Assembly: GCA_951406725.2 (NCBI GenBank)
Contig: OX597815.1
Span: 11,718,001-11,782,000 of the forward strand
DNA from: Octopus vulgaris
Taxonomy: Eukaryota
Direction of reading: 5' to 3'
Length of the DNA stretch: 64,000 nt
Positions 54,466 to 64,000 of this stretch are shown here, one piece after another. Within the stretch, counting starts at the first letter, position 1, and each line of letters begins with the position of its first letter. Under the pieces are notes generated by a model. It saw only the letters and a program-made list of their open reading frames with translations. It was not told the origin of the DNA and searched no databases. The position numbers and the translations under genes are program-made.

Positions 54466-54735
54466 TATCCCTTTAGCACTTAAATTGGTCATATCCTGCT
54501 AAAATATTGTACTTGTTTTTGTGAATCTGACCAGATCAGTGACACCAATCCTACTGTATCATTCTAAAAATAAATAGTTACCTCATCAAAAACTATCAGG
54601 TAATGCGTGATTAATCATACGGACAACCGTCCTCAAAAACTATGCTGCAAATGCCAATGTGTGGTATAATTTTTCAAAGAAATTTATTGTCTTAGAAACA
54701 CAGAGAAAATTAAAGTTAATGCATAAAAGGGGTTA
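54466..54735. mobile_element. Degenerate piggyBac-like MITE
   Basis: Ends ttatccctttagca and tgcataaaaggggttaa resemble TTAA-CCC...GGG-TTAA. Confidence 0.35.
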
Positions 54736-56552
54736 AGAATGGTATTAGTTTCACCTCAAGAAGTTTACAAGAACGCGTTCACAAAATTTGTTAATACTTC
54801 GTAAAATACTAAAATAACTGATGTAATATCTCAAAAGTTTCTATATGACTCATAAATCAGACAAATAGAGGACATCAACGAATTTCAATTGACGTAAAAT
54901 TAATGGAGACGCAGAGATTGTTTAGCACAAGTTAAAAAATTTATAATCAATTCTGATAACTAATAAGTTTTTTTCAATATTGTTATTCTACTTAAGTTCA
55001 GATCTAGAGGATTGGCGTGCTTAAATTAATCAGCACCCAAGATATCGATTAACTTGAATTTATGAACATCCGTAAGAAAAAAAAAATCAATCTTGTCTGT
55101 ACATCATTTTATATCTTGTTCTCTCGCCACATTCGGTAGGAGACAAATATATAACTTGATATGAAACTGGCTTTTTACATGTTATATTTCAATGTAATCT
55201 GGTGCGCGTATTGAACCCCTATGTCAACTAATGCAAAGATTTGCAAACAAATATGAAGTAGAGGATTTCACACAATTACCTGTGAATGGACTGTTTTTAT
55301 ATCTTCAAATAAGGTAGCGTGCAGTATTTATGACCAAATATAGATCCTTTGAAAGTGAAGAGGCAGGTGGGAAGAAGAATCCGCAAACTGGAGATATGAC
55401 CCTAATGATTATGCAATGTCGTGACTTCAGTCAGAACGAAATGAGTCACGAAGAATGCTGCAAGATATTTGTTTGGATATCTCATAGACCCAATAATCTA
55501 TTGTATTAGTGTTCTATTTATCAGCTCTCGTAAACATGCTCGTTTCTGTTTTGAATACTATATAATTGAATCAGGTGGCATGTGAAATATATTTCTGTGA
55601 TTTGGAGAAATCAAACAAGGGACAATAATTTATTTAAAAACTTATGTAAGTTCATAGTACTGTCCATGGTACTTATCTGTACTGGATGATTCGAGATGGT
55701 AAACGTAATATACTGAGGTACGATTGACATCGACACCGACGCCGCTGTAACCAGCATCATCTCAGTGGCTTATGCTTGCATATGCGATTTTACTACCAGT
55801 TAGAGTGTATGATTTGATGTGTTTGTCCGTGTTTATGCATAAGCTTTTGTTCGAGTATAATAGGAGACAAAGAAAGAAAAAACAAATTAAAAGACAAATT
55901 GAAATCTTTCTGACATCGTGAATAACATTTCTTTTGTCTTGCTTGAATACTTTTACCGTATGTTTGGGAATAAATCATTTTACAAGATGGACGCTGAAAC
56001 TATCAAATCTGACACACGCCCTTGGCAATATCAATAACACCACTCACGCGGTGCTAAAATAGCTGGATGTGAGATGCTGGAAAACTAGCGATCTGAAGCG
56101 ACAGTTAACATATATTCATTTGCATTATATTAAGAAAATTTCAGTTAAAATTCTGGGTACGAATGGAATAGCATTGAAATCTTTACAGAATTCTTGATTA
56201 ACTGTGAATTTGAGATTTAGTGCATAATCACTTATGCACTTTTCTCGATATCTCGGTCTGTTAGACAACGCCATAATTATTTTTCTCTAGAGGCGAAGGT
56301 ATCACTCTTGACCTAAATACGAAGTCCAATGAACAGTTATATCGATTCCTTACTTAGATATAATTGACCCGAAGGTTGGAAATAGTGTCTCTATCATCAA
56401 CATATCTAAAGATTCCCACATATAAGATTTTTAATTTACCAGTTGCCATTATATTTTTTTCACAATATTTTTACTTTTTCTCTAAGAACCAAAATTTAAG
56501 TTACAAGCATTCGAGTTTGAATGAATGACACAGAGTAGCCTCAGTTCGTGTG

Positions 56553-56591
<39 letters not shown>

Positions 56592-56601
56592 TTATTATTA
56601 C

Positions 56602-56653
<52 letters not shown>

Positions 56654-56656
<3 letters not shown>

Positions 56657-57530
56657 TAGTTTTATTTTTATTTTTATAGCGTGCTTTCACTTCACTACCG
56701 AGCGCAGCTCTGTGTGCCTTGGGTATGTGCTGTGATTTGTTGTGATGCTCTGATGGTTATTGTATGGAAAGTGCTCTGCGTAGGATGTGTGCAGTGCCTA
56801 GTAGTGCAATTTTCGGTATGTTATATGTGTTTGTAAGTCCTGGTGTTTTTGTTATGTATTTGTCTGAATATTTTTTTATCATGCCTAATGCACCTACTAT
56901 GATAGGAATTGTTTCTGTTTTCAGATTCCACATTCTAGTTACCTCTATTTCCAGGTCTTTCTATTTTGAGAGTTTCTCCATTTCTTTTAGAGACACGTTG
57001 TCATCTGCCGGTACTGATACATCAATTAGAAAGCATTTTTTTTCTTCATGGTCTCTGACAACTATATCTGGTCTGTTGGCCTTAATTTCTCTATCTGTGT
57101 GTATCGGCATATTCCAGAGTATGGTTGCTTTCTCGTTTTCTGTGACCTTTTCTGGTGTGTGCCTATACCATCTTTTTTCTGTTGTTATTCCATAATGTTG
57201 GCATAGCTTCCAATGTATGTAAGTTCCAACTATGTCATGTCTGTGAATATATTCCTTCTTAGCCAGGACTGGGCAGCTAGAGATAATATGATTTATTGTT
57301 TCTTGTCCATCTCCACATATTCTGCAGTTACTTGTAATATTTCTTTTCATTACATGTTTTTGGTAATTTCTGGTGGGGGAGGCTTTGGTCTTGTGCTGCA
57401 ATTAAAAATCCCTCTGTTTCTGCTTTGAGTCCTGAGCTTCTCAATCATTGCTGGGATTTTTCTTTGTCTATTTCTTTTGCGTTTAGTTTAGTCCAGTATT
57501 TACCATGAAGGGGCTTTTCTTGCCATCGTT
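56654..57530 (-). mobile_element. R4/Dong-like RLE non-LTR retrotransposon, 5'-truncated, in (TAA)n
   Basis: WQEKPLHGKY; CRICGDGQETINHIISSC (CCHC); RHD; RPDIVV...IDVSVP...EK (PD-(D/E)xK nuclease); KIALLGTAHILRR; (ATT)n on both sides. Confidence 0.93.
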
Positions 57531-57732
<202 letters not shown>

Positions 57733-58221
57733 TGAGTAAGAGAGCAGAGTATACCATCATAGTCACACTCGGATGCAAATATACGAAGCCCAGTATGCTC
57801 ATCATGATTACCTGTTTGAGAAGTGTACATGCATCACAACACGGTAAACTTATATTAAGATTTACAGCGCATGAACTAGCAGATGAGACCCAGTTAGAAT
57901 TTTTTCAGGATGAGTATCCCATCCCGTTCAAAAGGTTCCTAACGAAGGTTTCTTTAATGATGATGAACAGAACACTCACGTTTCTAGAGCTTAATTATTC
58001 AAACGCCAGACAATTTCTTTCAATACTTGGCTATGATACTCTCCGCTATTTCTGCTCATGGTCAGAGATTCACATATCGTCAGCCACTAAAGGAAATACT
58101 AAACTGATCAAAGTCTGTGGAATTGATCAGAATATTTGCTGTAACCTATCTTTTATACCAAGACAAACAATGTGCAAGATACCATTTCCAATGAGTAAAG
58201 ATCAAAAGCCAAGACATCACT
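57733..58221. other. Unclassified ~490-bp sequence embedded in (ATT)n arrays, probably an interspersed repeat
   Basis: Complex sequence bounded by trinucleotide tracts; plus frame is open throughout but no domain was recognised. Confidence 0.4.
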
Positions 58222-58304
58222 TCTACTACTATTATTATTATTATTATTGTTGTTGTTGTTGTTGTTGCTGTTATTGTTGTTGTTGTTAATGTTATTGTTA
58301 TTAA

Positions 58305-58392
<88 letters not shown>

Positions 58393-58395
<3 letters not shown>

Positions 58396-58520
58396 TAGTT
58401 CTATTTTTATAACGTGCTTTCACTTCACTACCGAGCGCAGCTCTGTGTGCCTTGGGTATGTGCTGTGATTTGTTGTGATGCTCTGATGGTTATTGTATGG
58501 AAAGTGTTCTGCGTAGGATG
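58393..58520 (-). mobile_element. Very short 3' end of the R4/Dong-like element
   Basis: Nearly identical to 56654-56788; (ATT)n on both sides. Confidence 0.9.
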
Positions 58521-58523
58521 TTG

Positions 58524-58597
<74 letters not shown>

Positions 58598-59362
58598 CAT
58601 TATGAATGGAAGGCTATATATATTGCACGATCAGAGAAAGCGAAAATGTGATAACATATTGGGAAACAATAGGGTACGCCAGTCATATAGGTTTTTCACC
58701 TTGCTGGGAATAATGAAATCCATCATTTCCCAAATAGCATTAAAGAAATATATAATACAAATGTAATCTCTCGTCAAAACAACTGTGATACGTCAATAAT
58801 TCGCGTCGTAATATATCTACGACAATCGCTAATCATATCTACATGTTCCTTTTCGCCGATCGATTGTTTACGAGGTGGTGGTGGCACCATGTTCTCCAAG
58901 AAATATGACAACTTTTGCAAACTTTATGCTTTGAAAATATGAAGAGGCTAATGCATTTCTCCTCACATGGAAGAATGAATTTAAAAAAATATTACAACGA
59001 AAGTTAAACTAAGAACGTGACATGTTTATTGTGTATTAATATGTAGGTATATTTATCTTCGAGTTATATTTTAGTTCCTCTTAAGAGTGTTCTGGCGATC
59101 TCTAACAGTAATTGACACGGGCTGTTGGCTGAGCTGCACATAAGCAAGTGTGAGCATCTATTCAACTGGGGAGTCTCAAATTGGTAATCTTTGAAATGTC
59201 TTTAAAATCTTCACTGTGCGGCGAACAGATTATATTTTGAGAATCCGCGTCAAATAGTGTTGCACTTTTTACGAAAAAAAACTAGCTTTCCTACGATTTT
59301 ATGTAAATTTGTAAATACGTATGTACTTATATATTTAAACATGTTTACACACGCACATTTAC

Positions 59363-59453
<91 letters not shown>

Positions 59454-59507
59454 CAAAGTAAGAACAAATTGCTAAGGTCAGTTTGGGTGCATATATATAC
59501 ATGCATA

Positions 59508-59575
<68 letters not shown>

Positions 59576-60062
59576 TGTGTGTGTGTGTGTCTGTGTGTGT
59601 ATGTGTGTCTCTATGTATATGTATATCCCTTGATTAAATTTAATCAATGAGGGAATGCAGGAACAGTGCCGTCACAGCTTAGGTGAGGGCATGTATGTGG
59701 AGGATGATTACATATTAAGCCGAGGGAAAACTTCAGAAAAAAATGTACTTTCAGTTGTATAGAAAAAAAACCCAGACTAACTGTTATATGTGATGTATTA
59801 ACTCGCCTGCCAATGGGTCGATGCCGTCGGTGTTGTCATCTATTGTCTACGATTTTTACATCGTGTGTACTTGAACAGACGTCACACGCTGATGTATATA
59901 AATAGATACATAGATACATATATCCTAAATACACACACAAATATATGTATGTATTTGTATACGTCTACGTGTATTCATATAAGCACATTTATTTATACAC
60001 ACACATATATACATATATATTTGTATACATATATATATATATATACACGTATACACACACTC

Positions 60063-60110
<48 letters not shown>

Positions 60111-60344
60111 GTGTATGTGCGTGTGTGTGTGCGTGCGCGTGCGCAAGCGTACATGTCTCTGTGTGTGCGTTTGTTTGTGTATGTGTAGTATAGTGCCAGT
60201 CTTGAAATAATATCACAAACTACCGCAATAATATCGAAACTTTTTTTTTTGCAAGGTACAATGTAAAATAACATAACACATCTGCAAAATGAATGTCATT
60301 AGAAAATAAAATGAGAAATCTGGCAATATTAGCGAACGATGCCA

Positions 60345-60361
60345 ATAATAACAACAATAAC

Positions 60362-60402
<41 letters not shown>

Positions 60403-60430
60403 CAACAACAACAACAACGATATAATAATG

Positions 60431-60483
<53 letters not shown>
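60345..60483. repeat. (AAT)/(AAC)n microsatellite
   Basis: Direct observation. Confidence 0.97.
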
Positions 60484-60485
<2 letters not shown>

Positions 60486-61431
60486 GGTGATGTTGATAAT
60501 GATATCAAATGGAAACCATCTTGAATACGTTGTTCAAATTACATTTCGCCTTAGCAAATAACAGAAAGAAAAAAACCTCAGAGCAAATGTATCAATATCA
60601 AAATGTCAACAATATACAATATGTCAAAATAGCAAGAGACTATCAATGCTTTTCTATTCATTTCTGTATGAAAGGATTTCTATAGAATTTTTTTTTAGTG
60701 ATTCATCTCAATCGCTCAATGGGTTTGGGTTCTAATTGTTGTTGTTTTTGTTGTTCCTAGTATTGTTGTTGTTGTTGATATTTTTATTGTTGTTCCCTCT
60801 GTTAACGTTATTAATATTGTTACTGTTGTTGTTGTTGTGTGTTATTTTTCTTCAAAATTTATATTTACGTCGGCATTTAATTTATCATTTTATTATTTTT
60901 TTATTTATATTTCGTATATATACCTTGTGAGAGGTACGCCTAGAATCCTTAGCGTATACACATCTGTACACATCCATGTACGCCTACACCCATAGGCACG
61001 TATGTATATAGATATTACTATTAAGAAATTTAATGGAAGCACTCATGAACATACAAACCATCTCAACAAACCACCCAAATGACCGATCGACCCAAACAAT
61101 TTCCCTTCCATCGGTCTGAAACAGAAGCCCTCTATAACCAAATCTGCATTTCATCAACGGATTTGAGCCATCTCCCTTTTCGGATATCTTTTCTACACTA
61201 TGAAAAAACCACGGCGGTGCTTCTTAATAAGAACAATCCTTATGGAGAAAAAAAAACAAACAAAGAAACAAACAACTGTCATCATATCACCCTTGCCACC
61301 AAAACTAAAAGATGACGTAAACGGCATTCTCCGTCTTTAATCTTTTTCCCTCTAAGTCAGTGACCACTATACATTTTTTATAGAGACATACCTTAAGATT
61401 TCCTTTCCTATGACACACTTAGAGTGAATTG

Positions 61432-62166
61432 GCTTTGGAGCCGTAAACAAAATAATGTTTTTTTTGGGGGGGGGTTCTTTTGGTAGAATTTAATGATTTG
61501 TACTCTATTGTAAATGAAGAGAAGATATGAAATAATGCAGCGAAAAATAATATAACAAGGGAAATACGCTGGTGGAGGGAGGCAGGGATGTAGATGTGCA
61601 AAAAAAAATAAATAAAAGGAAGAGACTCGGCGAGAGAAAATAAACCCTGTGACCGATAGACAACAAGACCAAATGGGATAGATGAAAAAAGATATCCACT
61701 ATCAAGACATGGACAGACATGGTGTGTCACGTGATTAAATGTAAAGCGCATACACACATACAGTGAGTCATCTTTGGAGCCGTAAACAAAATAATGTTTT
61801 GTTTTTTTTTGTAGAATTTAATGATTTTTACTCTATTGTAAATGAAGGGGAGATATGAAGTAATGCAACGTAAAACAAGACAAGGGAAGTACCCTGGTGG
61901 GGGAAGGCAGAGAAGATGTACAAAAAAATTAATAAAAGAGAGAAGAAGAAGAAGAGAAGAAGAAGAAGAAGAAGAAGAAGAAGAAGAAGAAGAAGAAGAA
62001 GAAGAAGAAGAAGAAGAAGAAGAAGAAGAAGAGAGAATCTGCAATAGAAAATAAACCCTGTGACCGATAGACAACAAGACCAAAATGTGATAGATGAAAA
62101 ACAGATATCCACTATCAAGAGATTGACAGATACGCTGTGTCATGTGATTAAAAGTAAAGCGCGTAC
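61432..62166 (+). repeat. Diverged tandem duplication of a ~340-bp unit
   Basis: ctttggagccgtaaacaaaataatg at 61432 and 61771; gaaaataaaccctgtgaccgatagacaacaagaccaaa in both copies. Confidence 0.92.
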
Positions 62167-62493
62167 GAGAACAAACTAACAATCGAAAAGAAAGAAACAA
62201 TGTTATTATGTTTGTTGGATAGGTTGTGTCATGGTTGAAGTGTCATCTTAAATGTTAGTTTTATATAAATGTATATGTTTTGCTATTCTGTTGCATGAAA
62301 AAAAGTGTTGGCACCAACACATACTTCTAGTATATTGGAAAGTCAAAATATGTGTACATAGGTTGTAGGTTGTTTACGTGTTTGTGTAATTGTTATGTTC
62401 GTGTTGGGAAACGGAAAGAAGAGGAAATTTGAGAGGTAAAAGAAAATGCAGCGAGAGGTATGTGAACGAAGGATAAGAGCAAGGAGCATAGCC

Positions 62494-62494
<1 letters not shown>

Positions 62495-62540
<46 letters not shown>

Positions 62541-62594
62541 CAGAGAGAGACAGAGACAGACAGACAGACATACAGACAGACAGACAGACAGAGA

Positions 62595-62625
<31 letters not shown>
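62495..62625. repeat. (GA)n/(GACA)n microsatellite leading into a purine-rich tract
   Basis: Direct observation. Confidence 0.93.
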
Positions 62626-62626
<1 letters not shown>

Positions 62627-63885
62627 TGGGGGGATGAAGGGAGGAGAGAAAGAGACACCCGCACATAGGCAAGGAGAGGGAAAGACACAGAAAGAGAGAA
62701 AGGGAGCGAAGGAGCGAAAGCTTGAGAGAGACACACAGAGAGGCAAATACAAATAGAGCGAACGATCAAGAGAGTGAGAGATGAAGAGGGAGAGTGAAAG
62801 TGAGAGAGAGAGATTGGGTCAGTGATTGAGTGATTGAGTGTGAGAGAGAGAGAAACTGAAAGAGAGAGAGAGAGAAAGAAAGAGTGTAAGATAGAGATAT
62901 TATGCGCAGGATTAAGATATAAAACAGATATATACTGGGAAAAAAGAATATACTGCGAAAAAAGAACAAGATTCAAACTCACACTAATTGTTATATTTTA
63001 ACAGTTTTTCTATTCTTCAATGTATTTGGATTGGTCTTCTTCAGCCCGGTGTTTTAACACTTCTCGAGCGCCCTTGCCCTTAGGTCGTGAGTTTCGGGTT
63101 TTGACAACATCTTTCACAAGTTAATTCTGTGTCGATCATAGCATTCTTTTCCCGCAGATTCCTACCATTTGAATTGCTCAATACTTCTCTGTCGAACAAA
63201 GTTTTTCCATACTTTTCCCATGCCTTTTGACATTTCTCGAAACTATTTCCTTACTTAATAATCTTGCATTCATCTGCACTTAACATATAGTTCTAACGGG
63301 TGAATTTGGTCTCATTTCTTTTCACCCGTCACACACTTCAGTGTTGAACGAGCATTTTTTGCAAACACGCAACGTAGTACAATAGAATGTGATATTTCCT
63401 CGGTTAGATTATTCCCTTCATCCCATCAGAAGTAAGTACTCCCTGAACATTTTCCGTTTTATTCTGGTTCCTATGTTTCTGGAAATTTATAATCAAATAT
63501 GTAATAGTAGCTACCGTTTATTTGTAAAGAGAGCTTCAAAACACTTATATCAACAGTGATATCATGGAAATCTTAAATCTAAATACCCCTACATAACTGC
63601 TACGGATGATGTAATTCTCTGCCAGATTGTCTGTGAAACCACACGCCACTGTAATTCAACCATACATTCCATTAAATATACTGCCCCATGGCATGCTCAT
63701 TTGTTTCTTTTCAACATGTCGAGTTTGGCTACACCTCAGAGAACAACGAAGCCATACGCTCTCTATTTCTGATGCAAGCTACTTGCTTATTTTATCTGAA
63801 GACATCACTTTCAAAGGTTTCAATTCCTCGGCTGGAATTTCTTGTCTAACTTTTTAACAGATTTACAGATACTCAGATTTTATCA

Positions 63886-64000
63886 GGTGCAGGAGTGGCT
63901 GTGTGGAAAGTAGTTTGGTTAACAGCTACATGGTTCCGGGTTCATTCCCACTGTGGGGCACATTGGGCAAGTGTCTTCTACTATAACCTCGGGCCGACCA
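63886..64000 (+). mobile_element. SINE family A head, cut by the window edge
   Basis: ggtgcaggagtggctgtgtgg...gggttcattcccactg...ttgggcaagtgtcttcta. Confidence 0.9.

Noticed and set aside
57890-57980. DEYPIPFKRF as a Helitron helicase motif
   Set aside because: The downstream QFP / TINKSQGQT motifs are absent; the similarity is too short.
63040-63300. Possible Tc1/Tc3 HTH remnant on the minus strand
   Set aside because: Too degenerate to support; no TIR or catalytic motif identified.

Overview
AT-rich, microsatellite-saturated eukaryotic DNA. The repeat content (tRNA-derived CORE-like and Nin/Deu-domain SINEs, very dense TA/CA/ATT/TCTA tracts) points to a cephalopod, probably Octopus; this is an inference. 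No intact host gene, rRNA, tRNA or CRISPR array is visible, and almost all listed ORFs are microsatellite translations or transposon debris. Recognisable elements are two Helitron remnants, a Penelope-like retroelement (RT + GIY-YIG), RLE-type R4/Dong-like non-LTR fragments sitting in (TAA)n, Tx1/L1-like, RTE-like and CR1/L2-group LINE fragments, mariner and DD37D (maT) transposon fossils, and about 20 SINE copies. The most interesting signal is RNA-level: about eight type I hammerhead-ribozyme-like motifs (one pair with intact CUGAUGA cores in inverted orientation, the rest variably degenerate). They lie in non-coding Penelope-terminus-like units between microsatellites, including a 642-bp terminally redundant unit that resembles a retrozyme or pLTR. 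There are also several long fold-back hairpins, a SINE/LINE pair sharing a covarying 3' stem-loop, and a few low-confidence host exon candidates at 27-30 kb. All family calls rest on motif recognition by eye; no database search was run.
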